A stretch of 64,000 bases of DNA, taken from an uncultured Verrucomicrobiae bacterium (GTDB lineage: Bacteria; Verrucomicrobiota; Verrucomicrobiia; Chthoniobacterales; JAFAMB01). The notes under the pieces were generated by a model. The model saw only the letters and a program-made list of their open reading frames with translations, was not told where the DNA came from and ran no database searches. How positions within the stretch are numbered: the stretch's first letter is position 1; each line of letters starts with the position of its first letter. The stretch spans positions 288,001-352,000 of the forward strand of contig CAVXLD010000007.1 in the NCBI GenBank assembly GCA_963762565.1, in the 5' to 3' direction. Positions 20,405 to 32,174 of this stretch are shown piece after piece. Made by a program: the position numbers and the translations under genes.

Positions 20405-22024
20405 GTGATGACAGCCTCCAATTGCCTCTCCGTCGAAAAACTCGCCCGTTGTTTTCCTTCACCCGAGGAGATCCCACCAGCATTTCGGGTGGGGACCTGC
20501 CGTGAGGAGCGACTTTACCTCCTCGACGGCCAAATCCGTCCCTGGGAAGGCACACTGGCCGAGGTGAGCTCGCCGATCTGCCTGCGCCAAGCCGACGGAA
20601 CCCTCCGGCGGCCAATCATCGGTCAGGTGCCAGCGATGGACGAGGAAACGGCGATGGCAGCGTTGAACGCCGCGGTCCGGGCTTGGGACTACGGCCGCGG
20701 CCCGTGGCCGACTATGAGTGTGGCATCGCGCATCGCGGCAGTGGAAACGTTCGCCGCCGAAATGTTCAGGGTGCGCGAGGAGGTTGTGAACCTGCTGATG
20801 TGGGAAGTCGGCAAGAGCTTTGACGACAGCAGCAAGGAATTTGACCGCACGTTTCAGTACATCCATAAGACCCTCGAGGCGCTTAAAGAAGTCGACCGTA
20901 CGAACTCCCGCTTCAACCTAGATGGGGGAGTGATCGCGCAAGTCCGGCGCGCGCCGCTTGGGGTCTGCCTTTCGATGGGGCCGTTCAATTACCCCTTAAA
21001 CGAAATGTATACGACACTGATCCCGGCGCTCATCATGGGCAACACGACGGTGGTGAAGCCGGCGAAATTCGGCGTGCTGCTGCATCAGCCCTTGTTGCGT
21101 GCCTTTGCGGCAAGCTTCCCGCCCGGCGTGGTCAATTTCATTTACGGCAGCGGCGCCAAGATTATCCCGGCGCTGATGAAAAGCGGGAAAGTGGACGTTC
21201 TTGCGCTCATCGGTTCGAGCCGGGCAGCCGATGCTCTGAAAAGAGAACATCCCCGGCCGCATCGACTTCGCAGCATCTTGGGCTTGGACGCCAAGAACCC
21301 TGCCCTGGTAATGGCTGACGCCGATCTTGACGTGGCAGTGCGAGAGGTCGTCGCCGGGGCGCTAAGTTTCAACGGTCAGCGTTGCACCGCCCTGAAGCTC
21401 ACTTTCGTTCACGCCTCGATCGTGGACGCCTTCCTTGAAAAACTGAGCCAAGCGGTCAACGCCCTCTCGATCGGCTTGCCCTGGGATCAAGACGTGAAGC
21501 TCACCCCGATGCCGGAATTTAATAAGGCCTCGACGATGCAGGCACTTGTAGACGACGCGGTGAGCAAGGGCGCGCGCGTCGTGAATGCGGGTGGAGGGAG
21601 CGCGTGTGAGACCCTTTACTTTCCCGCCGTGGTCTATCCCGTCCGGCCTGGTATGGAGCTCTACACTAAAGAACAGTTTGGACCTGTCGTTCCGGTTTGT
21701 GCTTACCAGGACGAGCAGGAATTCCTGGACTATGTGACTCAACCCAATTACGGCCAGCAGGTCAGCTTGTTCGGCCGCGACCCGGGCAAGTTTGTCAAAC
21801 TCATTGATCCCCTTGCAAACCAGGTCTGCAGGATCAACCTAAATACTCAGTGCCAACGGGGGCCGGATACGCTGCCTTTCACTGGTCGGAAAGACTCCGC
21901 AGAAGGGACGCTTTCTATCAGCGATGCCTTACGCTGCTTTTCCATCCGTTCGTTGGTCGCTGCCCAATCGAATCGTCCAAGCCTGAAAATCCTTGGAAAA
22001 CGGAGTACCCGAGTCATTATGTAG
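20405..22024 (+). CDS. gapN: Non-phosphorylating NADP-dependent glyceraldehyde-3-phosphate dehydrogenase (ALDH family); extreme C-terminus may be altered
   Basis: PFNYPLNE, GLDAKNP, FNGQRCTA, EQFGP, QRGPD..FTGRKDSAEG. Confidence 0.85.
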   Translation: MMTASNCLSVEKLARCFPSPEEIPPAFRVGTCREERLYLLDGQIRPWEGTLAEVSSPICLRQADGTLRRPIIGQVPAMDEETAMAALNAAVRAWDYGRGPWPTMSVASRIAAVETFAAEMFRVREEVVNLLMWEVGKSFDDSSKEFDRTFQYIHKTLEALKEVDRTNSRFNLDGGVIAQVRRAPLGVCLSMGPFNYPLNEMYTTLIPALIMGNTTVVKPAKFGVLLHQPLLRAFAASFPPGVVNFIYGSGAKIIPALMKSGKVDVLALIGSSRAADALKREHPRPHRLRSILGLDAKNPALVMADADLDVAVREVVAGALSFNGQRCTALKLTFVHASIVDAFLEKLSQAVNALSIGLPWDQDVKLTPMPEFNKASTMQALVDDAVSKGARVVNAGGGSACETLYFPAVVYPVRPGMELYTKEQFGPVVPVCAYQDEQEFLDYVTQPNYGQQVSLFGRDPGKFVKLIDPLANQVCRINLNTQCQRGPDTLPFTGRKDSAEGTLSISDALRCFSIRSLVAAQSNRPSLKILGKRSTRVIM

Positions 22025-22064
22025 AGACTGGCGGGCGATTTACGGTTCGCTAACAGAAACGTTG

Positions 22065-23458
22065 ATGAAACGCATCGGTATCCTGACCGCGGGTGGTGAC
22101 ACGCCAGCGATGAACGCTACCATCCACGGGGCGGTCGTTCGGGCCAACCAGCTCAAGGTTGAGATCTTTGGCTTAATCAAAGGTTTTAATAGCCTCTTCA
22201 ACCCGAAGGTCCCCCACGTGCATCTTAATCCGCTTTTTCAGGGGATCCCGGAGCTTGATCCAACCCATGGCGGCACGATCATCGGTGCTTCACGTGATTT
22301 CGTAGATTCGGAAAAGAGGACGGAGCTGGACCTGGTGGCATCGCGCTTGGAGAACCTTGGGATTGAAGGACTCATTTGCGTCGGCGGCGACGGAACGCTT
22401 AATGGGCTGCAGCCCTTAGCAGAGCGCTTGCCTACGGTGCTCGCTCCGAAAACCATAGACAACGATCTGGGCTTAACTATCCGAATGAGCCGGACGAATG
22501 GATGCGAGTGCCCGACCCCAACGCCAAGAGCGGATTTCGTTATGAGCAAAGGGATTCGCAGACGGTTTTTGATCTAGAATATCTCGTAAATTACGTCACC
22601 CCGGGATACGCGACGGCCGTATTCGTATCGGTGGGCGGCGTCGAACGAATTCGCACCACGGCGGAAAGTCATCGGAGAATCGCGATCATTGAAGTGATGG
22701 GCCGGCACTCCGGTTATATCGCGCTGGGCTCAGCTTACGGCCGGCCGGATATCATCCTCGTGCCGGAACACCCATTGGACCTCGAACATCTGGTGGAACG
22801 GGTGAAACAGCTCTACGATCTACAAAAAAATGTCGTCATCATTTGCGGCGAAGGAATTGTGGACGAGCAGGGTCGAGAACTCGGAGCCGAGACCAAGACG
22901 ACTGACCCCGCTGGTAATATCGCACTCAGTGGCGCGGCAGAAGCTCTGCGACAGAGGTTCATCCAGATGATCGGTGATCGTTATTTTCAACTTTATCGTC
23001 GAGGCAATTCCGCCCGGGAAGCAATCTTCACGCGTAAAGTTGGCCATACCCAGCGTGGCGGACGACCGATTCTATTTGATCGCTTCTACGCTGCTCAGCT
23101 TGGCGCTAAGACGGTTGACCTCCTGCTGGAAGGTCACAACAATGCAGTAGCCGTTTTACAGTACGCCTCGAGCAAAGGCTTTTCTGTAGATGGATACGAC
23201 GCTAACCGGTTTCGCGATCGCTGGGGTCACATTCACGCGCGGCGTATGTATCCGAGGTTCTATGATCCTAAGCTAATGAAACCTTCGCGCGTCGGGATTG
23301 ATTATTTGCTACCGATCTTCACCGACGCCATCGGCGAAGACGACATGGAACACATGCGGAGCACTCTTTTTTCGCAGGGTAACCTAGCCCAGCCCTATCA
23401 CTCGATTAACACGGATATTAATAAGCGGATTCGGTACCTAGCGGCAGACGCGAACTGA
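22065..23458 (+). pseudogene. pfkA: 6-phosphofructokinase, frameshifted near 22478
   Basis: TAGGD, GGDGT and PKTIDND in one frame; EVMGR and GHTQRGG in another. Confidence 0.85.
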
Positions 23459-23773
23459 TCGTTTCCATCTCAAGGACTCTCGCTGCAGACAACGCAAATC
23501 GTTGGAGGTGGATGAAGGTTAGCGTTGGCAGAATGTCGGAAAGAAGCCCATGCAGTAACAGAACGGGGCAGCGGACGCGATCGTAGATCGACCATAAATC
23601 CACGTCCCGGTCAATGACGAGGAAGGCCTGGGCAATGGCAGGATCCCAGGCGAGACTGAATTTGTTGTTGGGCATGGTTCGCGCGCCGAAACGCGCGCGA
23701 TGAGCGCCGTCATGTCGATTAGATATTGCGCATAGTTATTTACGCAAGAGAGACTCACGCTGCGGGCGCCCAT
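23418..23773 (-). pseudogene. Alpha/beta-hydrolase remnant
   Basis: Fragments QYLIDMTALIAR and WDPAIA..DLWSIYDRVRCPVLLLHG..SDIL in different frames. Confidence 0.55.
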
Positions 23774-23921
23774 CTGGTCGATCTCAAATTACTCTGCCTC
23801 CCGAGAATATCCCCGGGCAGCAGGAAAGGTCCTGTCAAAATAGGCTCGAAGAATTGTTACTCATACGTGAATTTGGATTTGCAGATCCGGTGCAGCTAGG
23901 GGCTACACACTCAGCTTTGAT

Positions 23922-25382
23922 TTATCCGCCGATCAAAGCACAAAGAAGTTCATCGAGTTTTACGGAAGCTATAATCGTTAACCTATCGCTAACCGCGTAA
24001 GGCAAAATCAGTTCCCCCCCATAGCTGAGTGCACCGCAGGTATAGATCACGTTCGGTACATAACCGTCCCGCTCGTCTTCTTCAGGCGCCAGGAGCGGCT
24101 CGCGCAATCGCCCGATTACCTTGGTCGGATCGGTCAGATCGAGTAAGACTGCGCCGATGCAATATTTGCGCATTGGGCCGACGCCGTGAGTGAGCAAGAG
24201 CCAGCCAGCCTCTGTCTAAATGGGTGAGCCGCAATTACCGATCTTGGATAATTGCCAGTTTTCCGATGGGCGCAGGAGTATCTGCGGGTCGTCCCAGAAA
24301 TGGGGATTGTCGGAGAACATGATGAAGAGGTTTTCATCGTCCTGGCGTGAAATCATCGCGTAGAGCCCGTCGATGCGTCGGGGAAAAAGCGCCATCCCCT
24401 TATTCTGGGCCGCTCGGCCATTCAGAGTAAGTACACGAAAATCCAGAAAATCCCGCGTTTTCATCAACTGGGGGAGAATAACGAGTCCGTTGTAGGCGGT
24501 ATAGGTGGCGTAGTAGAGCGCCGTTCCGTCGTCATCGACAAACCGGACAAAGCGGGTGTCTTCAATGCCATTGCTCTCATTAGAGGAAACTGGGAAAATA
24601 ACGCGCTCGCTCATCGCGAGGTCGGGTGAGAAGCGAAGTTCGTAATTACTCTCGGCCAACCAGCGTACGCATTCGAGGGTACGCTGTTCTTCGCGCCGGG
24701 TGACCGCCAAGCGGCGCCGTAAATGGAGTATAGTGCGGTCGAGTTCCCCGAGCGTGAAGGTCTCACCGAGCGATGCAAGTATGCTATCCGCGAAATCGGT
24801 CTCGAATCCCATCTCGTGCAGCTTGACGAGAAAGGTCGCTTTCTCATACGTCGGATTCGTCACAATCTCTGGCGGGTTGACAAAGCGCGTTACGTTCTCT
24901 GCGGAGATCTCACCAAGTGGACTGATCACACCCGTGCGGAACTCGATCGACGAGATATGGCCTTCCCCGATGGCACGTAGGCTCATGATAAAACGCAATG
25001 CGCCCGGTTCGAGACCTGACTGGTCCGGATGAGGCACGATAGAAGGATTCAAGAGCGCCGCAGATTCGAGTGCGTATTCCCCGCTGAAAAGCGCGCCAAT
25101 CAAGAGCCGGCGCGCTGTAGAGAGCGACCGATCGGTAAAGACATGTCCCTCGACCCGCCTGTAAATGCCCAGCAGCGACGAGTCCAGGTCACGGTGTCGG
25201 GCGCTAAATTCGCGGCGCAAGATCTCGAGTTCTCTTTCAGTCTCCTCTTCGCTCAGCGCGAGGGCGCGACCAATAACCTGAGTGAGACGTGAACGGTCTC
25301 CAGGAATGAACGGCAGGATCAACACGCGCGAACGGTCAGGCAAAAACCGCAACTCATGCCGCCGAAATTGAATCGAAGTCAT
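23922..25382 (-). pseudogene. Glycoside hydrolase family 130 protein interrupted by an in-frame TAG at 24216-24218
   Basis: NGIED, YYATYTAY, KIGNCGSPI*TEAGW.., GYVPNVIYTCG; both ORFs are in the same frame. Confidence 0.85.
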
Positions 25383-25541
25383 GTGACGATGGGCGTTCGA
25401 GCTTAAATTAAATTCTGCACGAGCCTCATTTTTGCGTGGGCAAGATAAGAACGCGAGACTGATTTGTCTCACGAATTTTGCGCTCAGACTGGTATTTTCG
25501 ATGAGGGTAGCAATCAGGGCATCAAACAATCGCCTTTCCGA

Positions 25542-26930
25542 TTAGGTTGTGACGTTTCTGGAAAGCGTAGGATCGAATCTCTTCTGTAATGCCCTAATGA
25601 AATACTCACTTGGTGAAGGATGAACGGTGGCAACGTTAAGCAATTTTTGGATACTTGATCCGGTATAAAGAGCCATGCCGGTAACGTTTACAATCTCGGT
25701 CGCTCCAGGTCCAATAGCTAAGCAGCCAAGAAGTCGCTTACTCTCAGGTTGGTAGAGGAGTTTGATCAGGGTTTTCTCAGGTTCGATGACGCTCCTGTTA
25801 TTATCTGAGATCGTTTCTACTTCATCGATGATAGTTTCAATTGGTTCGTCAGGTTGGTAACGATCCATTTGCGTTATACCAACCGTAGCAATCAGTGGAT
25901 TTGTGTAGATCGATTTGGGGATAGCATACATGCTAAAGGTAGTCGGTTGATCCAGAATATTTTGGACTGCAACCCTGGCTTGAGTAAAGGCGACGCTGTC
26001 AAGCAGCGCTATACCATTAACGTCCCCTATAGCGAAAACGTTTGAAAACTCCTCACTACAAACCTGCATTTGATTGCTAACTTCGATAAATTTGTCGGCT
26101 TTAACACCGACATTCTCTAAGCCCAAGCCTTCGATATTGCCTCTGCGTCCGGTGGCCATCAGAATCAAGTCCGTGTCTCGGAGGATATTGTGTTGGTTAA
26201 ATGGTCGATTTACATGAATGGTGACACCGTCGTTTATCAGCTGTTCGGCTGCTTTTGCTCCGGCCAGCGGGTCCCATTCTGGCAGGATACGCTCCTTTTG
26301 TTCGATCAGAGTCACTTTGGAGCCTAGAGCTCGGTAAATAGAAGCGAATTCGATACCGATGTAACCGGCGCCGACGATCAGGAGATGGGTTGGGATTCCT
26401 TCGTGCTCGAGGAGCTGATCACTACTGAGGGTAATATGATCCAGCGTTGGCCGGTGACCTTCACCAAGTGCGATTGACAAAGTCTCGGGATAAATGGGCC
26501 TTGAACCAGTAGCGATGATGAAGTTTTCAGCGGTAAGGCTTTTCTGTTTGCCGGCAGGATCGGTGATTTGTATTTGATGGTTATCGATAAAGCTGGCGGC
26601 GCCGTACTCGACTCCGATTCCGGCTTCGGTGAGGTCTCGACTGAGCTGTGCTGTCAGCCTGCTGGTAACTCGGCGGCGTACACGGGACCAATCGGCCCAC
26701 CCTGTGTCGAAAAATTCGATTCCAATACCGAATTTTTCGCTTCTTTCGGCTGTTTTGGTAGCCGAGGCGCAGGCTTGCAGGGCCCTCATCGCGTAACATC
26801 CTCGGTGATAGCTGGTTCCTCCCAGCTGGTTTTTTTCGACAAGCAGGGTTTTGATGCCTGCTCTAGCTGCGAAAAGTGCGGCATCTTTGCCGGCGGCGCC
26901 TCCGCCGATGATAATCAAGTGATAGTCCAT
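25542..26930 (-). CDS. Pyridine nucleotide-disulfide oxidoreductase (dihydrolipoamide dehydrogenase-like), first redox Cys replaced by Ser
   Basis: GGGAAG, GGTSYHRGC, ATGSRP, GAGYIG, AIGD, HPSPSE. Confidence 0.85.
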   Translation of the reverse strand: MDYHLIIIGGGAAGKDAALFAARAGIKTLLVEKNQLGGTSYHRGCYAMRALQACASATKTAERSEKFGIGIEFFDTGWADWSRVRRRVTSRLTAQLSRDLTEAGIGVEYGAASFIDNHQIQITDPAGKQKSLTAENFIIATGSRPIYPETLSIALGEGHRPTLDHITLSSDQLLEHEGIPTHLLIVGAGYIGIEFASIYRALGSKVTLIEQKERILPEWDPLAGAKAAEQLINDGVTIHVNRPFNQHNILRDTDLILMATGRRGNIEGLGLENVGVKADKFIEVSNQMQVCSEEFSNVFAIGDVNGIALLDSVAFTQARVAVQNILDQPTTFSMYAIPKSIYTNPLIATVGITQMDRYQPDEPIETIIDEVETISDNNRSVIEPEKTLIKLLYQPESKRLLGCLAIGPGATEIVNVTGMALYTGSSIQKLLNVATVHPSPSEYFIRALQKRFDPTLSRNVTT

Positions 26931-27075
26931 GGGGAGAGAGTTCCTTCTAGGAATCCTAGGATCTTTGATCCTGATGTCACGGAGAAAGGCCCAAAGAAGA
27001 AGGAAACGCGAAAAGTAGTGCCGTAACCGAGCCCAGTTCGGGTTTTCCGCATCACACTTTAGCGCCTTGCCCGAG

Positions 27076-27969
27076 CTATTTTAACATTTGGCGCGGCGAT
27101 TTCGATTCGCGATACGCAGAGGGAGATTGACCAACCACTTTCTGAAAAGTCCGATTGAAATGAGTCAGCGATTGGAATCCGACATCGTACGCGATTTCGC
27201 TGACCCTAAGATGAGGGTTGAGCAGGAGATTCTTAGCTCTTTCGACGCGCACCCGGCCGAGATATTCCGTAAACGTCAGGCCAGTTGACTTCTTGAACAT
27301 TTTACAAAAGTAAAAGGGGCTGACGTGCACCGCTTGGCTGACTGTGGCTAAGTCAATTGGGTCCGCCTGGTTGGCTAGAATGTAGGCTCGCGCACGACGA
27401 ATGAGAGGTGACTCTGCGTCTTCCTGCTGCAGCACGATCTGATTTGCCATCAGTGATAACTGCTTCGCGAACATCTCCAAGAGTTCCACCATTGCCGCGT
27501 ATCGCTGAGGAGCAAGGTAGCGCGAGTGATAGTAAGCATGTTCCAGTTTCTGCAAATCAACTGTTACACCCCAATCCAGGAGTTGCTTGGTAATCTTTCT
27601 AAACTGCGCCGCAGTATGCTTATGTAAGACCACTTGGCCAGTCTGCAGAAAACCGATAATCTTTTCTCCAGCCTGTACCGGAACGGCGCTTTCGCTGAAA
27701 CCGGTAAAGCAGCTAACTGTTCTGGCTTCTGTCCCAGGTATATCATCCATTTTCCTTTGCGCCTCTAAGAAAGCGGCGCACGTGCGATTGCTCTTAGCGA
27801 GGATCGCGCAAAACGGGTCTTCATGCCTTTTGCCTTCCAAGCCGAGCCTCCATCCCTCTACCGCTCTGAAGGCCATCGGGAGCCGCATTGACTCGGTAAA
27901 GGCGCTCTCGTAGTTTTTCTAGACCTTGGAGCCCGCGATCCGCTCGACGATTAGTGCGCTCCGGTTCAT
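27076..27969 (-). pseudogene. PocR-sensor AraC regulator with premature TAG at 27919-27921
   Basis: Frame from ATG 27969 reads MNRSALIVERIAGSKV*KNYESAF, colinear with the paralog at 38442; AraC HTH intact. Confidence 0.85.
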
Positions 27970-28262
27970 AACATGCAGCTCCTGGTAAAGTTCACTTCGG
28001 TCTTCCTCCACATCCGGCTCACTGGTCATTTTGCAATTAGCCGTTACGAATCTCGTTGGGATTGATCAGTTTCTCTTATACTCTTAGCCACGAGTTACCG
28101 TTGTTTTTCAGTATGCCGGTCATGGGAGAGACCAGTCGACGGAAGCTTTGACAAGCCCGGAGGTTGGTCAAGATGTCGTTTCAATCCTCCAGAACCTTCG
28201 CCATTTGGAGAGATCCCTAACTTCGTTGGCAGCCCAAACCCTTGCGCAACCTGCGGGTCCTC

Positions 28263-29279
28263 TCAGGTTGTCAGGACTACCTTGCCAATGTTCCTGCGTT
28301 CTTCAATATAGGTTTGCGCTGCGCCGACCTGCGCGAGCGGGAAGCTCTTGTCCACATGGGGGCGAACCCAGCCATCCGCGACACCCTTCAACAGTATTTC
28401 CATCCAACCCGCAACCATACCGATCTCGTGCCACATGTGGCCGAGGTTCACCCCGAAGACGGATTTGTTGGAGCTCATCAGCGCGAGCGGATGAAAGAAG
28501 GGCGCGCCGAGCGCCACCGGCAGTAGGCGCAACGACCCGGATAGCTTTGAACTGGTTGCCACCGAAATGCCAAACACGCCGAGCCGTCCCGTTGAACGCA
28601 GCGCCTTGTAGCTCTTCCTCCAGTGCTTGCCGCCAAGCGGATCGGTGATTAGCGCCACGCCTTTCCCATTGGTGAGCCTGTCCAGTTCGACCGCCCAGTC
28701 CTTCGTGCGGTAGTCGATGGCTTCGTGCAGGCCGCGCTGCATCAGGAAGGCGTGCTTGCCGCTGCTTGCCGTTCCGTAGATGGTGGCGCCGATGTGGCGG
28801 GCGATGTCGATTGAGGCAAGCCCGACTCCCCCGCCGGCATTGTGAATCAGCACGGTCTCCTCGGGCCTCAATGCGCCCATGACCACGAGCAGTTGCCATG
28901 CTGTGAGGTAGTTTACCGGGATTGCCGCCGCGTGTTCATGGGAGAGCGAGGCCGGTTTGGCGAAGGCCTGTTTCTGGGGCACGATCAGCACGTCCGAATA
29001 GCCGCCGAAACGCGTCAGCGCGAAGACGTCTCTGCCGACCCAGGACGGGTCCACGTCGGGACCTGTGGCGTCCACCTTAGCGGATACTTCGTAGCCGATT
29101 ACGCAGGGAAGCTTGGGTGCGTCCGGATAGAGGCCCTGGCGCGGGAGGATGTCGGCAAAATTGACGCCGCTCGCTTTGACGCGAATGCGGATCTCGCCTC
29201 TAACGGGGTCCGGATCGGGCGATTCACGCAACTGTAGCTTGTCTACGCCACCATGACCCACGATGAAGATCTGTTTCAT
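28263..29279 (-). CDS. MDR-family NADPH:quinone oxidoreductase (VAT-1-like)
   Basis: GVNFAD, GYE, AAIPVNYLTA, AGGGVG, NIGKVVL. Confidence 0.88.
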   Translation of the reverse strand: MKQIFIVGHGGVDKLQLRESPDPDPVRGEIRIRVKASGVNFADILPRQGLYPDAPKLPCVIGYEVSAKVDATGPDVDPSWVGRDVFALTRFGGYSDVLIVPQKQAFAKPASLSHEHAAAIPVNYLTAWQLLVVMGALRPEETVLIHNAGGGVGLASIDIARHIGATIYGTASSGKHAFLMQRGLHEAIDYRTKDWAVELDRLTNGKGVALITDPLGGKHWRKSYKALRSTGRLGVFGISVATSSKLSGSLRLLPVALGAPFFHPLALMSSNKSVFGVNLGHMWHEIGMVAGWMEILLKGVADGWVRPHVDKSFPLAQVGAAQTYIEERRNIGKVVLTT

Positions 29280-29447
29280 TTGAAGCTCCTCACTGGCTAA
29301 CTCCGGTGACTCGTTGCGGTTCCACTTCATGTCGTATCGCAGCTCACGCGGGCACCAATACCCTAGTTTGAACTCGACGTAGTCCGCTAAGAAAATTTCA
29401 GCAAAAACGCCTAACCGGATTAATGTTGCTCGCCGAAAAGAGGACAC

Positions 29448-30921
29448 ATGCGTGTAGGCGATACCTGGAGAAAGCTCGCATCCAGTGACCTTGCTGTCTT
29501 GGTTCTATGGGCTACAGGCGGAGTTCTTCTGCATAGCGTCACCAATGGCCAATATGGTTTCCACAGTGACGAACTGGCCACCCTCGATGACGCACGCTCA
29601 CTGGCGTGGGGCTATGTTGCCTATCCGCCGCTCACGCCCTTCCTTGCGCGAATCGCATTCATTCTGTTTGGACCGTCGCTGATTGGGCTGCGTCTTTTTC
29701 CAGCCGCGGCGCTGGGTCTTGTTCTGGTGCTCACCGGTCTGATGGCTCGCCGTTTGGGAGGGGGAAGGCAAGCACAAGTCGCGGCAGCATTGGCCGCGGC
29801 GATCGGCGGTGTCGCATTCAGCGGTGGCTCGCTCTTTCAATACGTCAGCTTCGACTATCTGTGGTGGGTGGCGGCTGCGTACTTCATGGTTCGCCTTCTT
29901 GCCTCAGACGATCCTCGCTGGTGTCTCGCTGTCGGGGCTGCGATCGGTCTGGGAATGCTGACGAAGTACACCATGATCTTTCTGGCTGTGGGCATTGCTG
30001 CCGGCTTTGTTTTAACGCCGGCGAGGCGCCAACTCCGCAGCCCGTGGCTCTGGTGCGGCGTCGGTCTCGCACTCGTGATCTTCCTACCCAACCTGTCATG
30101 CTCGCGACATTCGCGTCGGACGAACCGATACATTTGTGCTCGACCAGTTCTGGATCGCGACGAACCCTCTCACTGTCCCATTGTGGCTGGCCGGCCTCTT
30201 CTATCTGTTCGCCACCCAGGATGGCAAGCGGTATCGCCCGATTGGTTGGATGTTCATTGTCCCTTTCGTGCTGTTCGTGATCGGAAGAGGTCGGGGGTAC
30301 TATATGGCCCCGGGCTATCCCATGTTGTTCGCTGCAGGGGCGGTATGGGGCGAGCGGTGGGTTGCTTCGTTGAGTTTGCGGTGCGCCCTCGTAATCCGAA
30401 GGACTATCTGGATGGCTCTTGCAATTGGTGCCCTGGTAGATGCCGCGATTGTTCTGCCAATTGCACCGCCCGGATCTTTGTGGTGGCGGTTCGCTGATAA
30501 AGCCCACGGCGGCGACTTCAATGAGGAAATCGGGTGGCCCGAGCTTGTCCAAACCATCGCCAGCATCCGCGATTCTCTACCGGTCGAAGAGCGATCCCGT
30601 TTAGGCATCATCGCAGGCGGTTCAGGCCAGGCCGGCGCAATCAATCTGTACGGCCCTGCGCTGAGGTTGCCGAGGGCAATCTGCGGGATGAACTCTGATT
30701 GGCTTCGCGGGTATGGCGATCCGCCTCCAGATACGGTGATCGTTGTAGGTCTGTCGCGCGAATTCGCAGAGAGCGCGTTCGAGTCTTGTCAAATTGCTGG
30801 TCATGTCAGCAATCGTTTCGGGATCGAAAACAGCGCCATTCGCAACACTGACATTTTTCTGTGCCACCGTCTGCGGCAGCCTTGGCCCCTGTTCTGGCAG
30901 GGATTCGAGTACTATGGCTAG
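29448..30921 (+). pseudogene. Glycosyltransferase family 39 (PMT/ArnT-like) membrane protein, frameshifted or internally deleted near 30095-30135
   Basis: GFHSDE, YVAYPPLTP and GMLTKY in one frame; EEIGWPEL and GAINLYG in another. Confidence 0.8.
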
Positions 30922-31009
30922 CCAGCTAGAGGAGTAATGGATAACGGGGAACTCTTCGGTTCTCATTTTCTTAGCTGCCTGGCACAAGGACTCTATGACC
31001 AGAATCCTT

Positions 31010-31690
31010 CTAGTGGCGCAAAACCGATTGCACAATAATGTCTGCTGTGCGCTCGAAGCCGAGTTTAGCGGTGTTTAGGACGAGATGATAGAGCAAAGGG
31101 TTATCCCCATCAGCGTCGAAATAGCGTCTTACGTAGCGACGCCGAGCATGATCCTCGTCTGAGACTTTCAGTGCTGCTTCATTCGGCGACATTCCATAGA
31201 ATTCCACTGCGTGGTCAATTCGTTTCGACAATGGCGCAACTAGTCGGACATGAAGGACAGAAGGTAAAAGCTGAGTAATTACCTCTGCACCTCGACCTAC
31301 TACGACGACTCTGCCCATACTGGTGAGTCGTAGAATCGTCTTGGTTGTTTGTTGGACCAACGACCAAGAAGTTGGATGGAGCCCTAATAGTTCTTCCACA
31401 ATCGACTGAATCGGTAGCCGCGCATCCTCAACCATAAACTCTTCTAAGCGTGATGGAAGCTTATGCTCGACTAGGACTTGTTTCGCCAGGTTCTTATCGA
31501 AAACCGTCCAGGCGGCTTCATTCGCTGCCGGCTTTTTGATTGCGTTTAGGCGATCAACGACTAACTGCGCGACGGTACTGGCGCCGGCCCCTGATTCCCG
31601 CGAGATCGTGATCGATGGTTCTCGGGGGCGGGGCGCCTTCTCTTTGATGGCTACCTGCAGCTGCAGGTAGCGACGGAACATTTCAAGTGC
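31010..31690 (-). CDS. Cytidylate kinase-like family protein, native N-terminus apparently replaced by IS110 sequence
   Basis: ITISRESGAG P-loop-like motif, VVVGRGA, LHVRLVAP, YHLVLNT. Confidence 0.85.
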   Translation of the reverse strand, partial: ALEMFRRYLQLQVAIKEKAPRPREPSITISRESGAGASTVAQLVVDRLNAIKKPAANEAAWTVFDKNLAKQVLVEHKLPSRLEEFMVEDARLPIQSIVEELLGLHPTSWSLVQQTTKTILRLTSMGRVVVVGRGAEVITQLLPSVLHVRLVAPLSKRIDHAVEFYGMSPNEAALKVSDEDHARRRYVRRYFDADGDNPLLYHLVLNTAKLGFERTADIIVQSVLRH

Positions 31691-32145
31691 TGGACCCAAG
31701 ATAGCTCCCCGCTTGCTGGCCGAGATTGGCGACGACCGCGAGCGCTTCGGCGATGACGCTCAAGGGCTGCAATGCCTGGGCGGAACAGCCCCAGTGACCA
31801 AACGTTCCGGAAAACAGCGCAAATACTGGCACGTTCATCAGCGCTGGGCGTGTGACAAACACCTTCGCCACACTCTGCATCTGTTTGCTGAGCAGAGTCT
31901 GTCCCGTTGCGTTTGGGCCGAGCTCTACTATCAGCATCATCGCCAAAAGAACCAAAGTCACGCCAATGCCTTACGCCGGCTCGCTAACCGCTGGCTCAAA
32001 ATCATCTACAAAATGTGGACCCATCGAACTCCTTACAACGCCGAGCTCCATCACCGCAATCAACTCCAGCACGGATCTTGGATCTTTCAGCTCAAAGTAA
32101 CTTAACCCCTAACCTATTTTTCCCCTTGAAGACCGATAGAAAGTC
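31685..32145 (+). mobile_element. IS110-family transposase remnant (C-terminal domain only) with short right end
   Basis: GPKIAPRLLAEIGDD, GTAPVTKRSG (catalytic Ser), ALRRLANRWLKIIYKMW; N-terminal DEDD domain absent; boundaries approximate. Confidence 0.85.
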
Positions 32146-32174
32146 TTTCGGGGCTGGAATAGGTTAGAAAAGGC

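Noticed and set aside
22440..22520. Programmed frameshift in pfkA
   Set aside because: No slippery heptamer or obvious stimulatory structure; a single-base loss explains it.
24216..27921. Amber (TAG) recoding suggested by two in-frame TAGs
   Set aside because: The expected residues differ (probably Glu vs Tyr), each is one substitution from TAG, and many intact genes here end in TAG.
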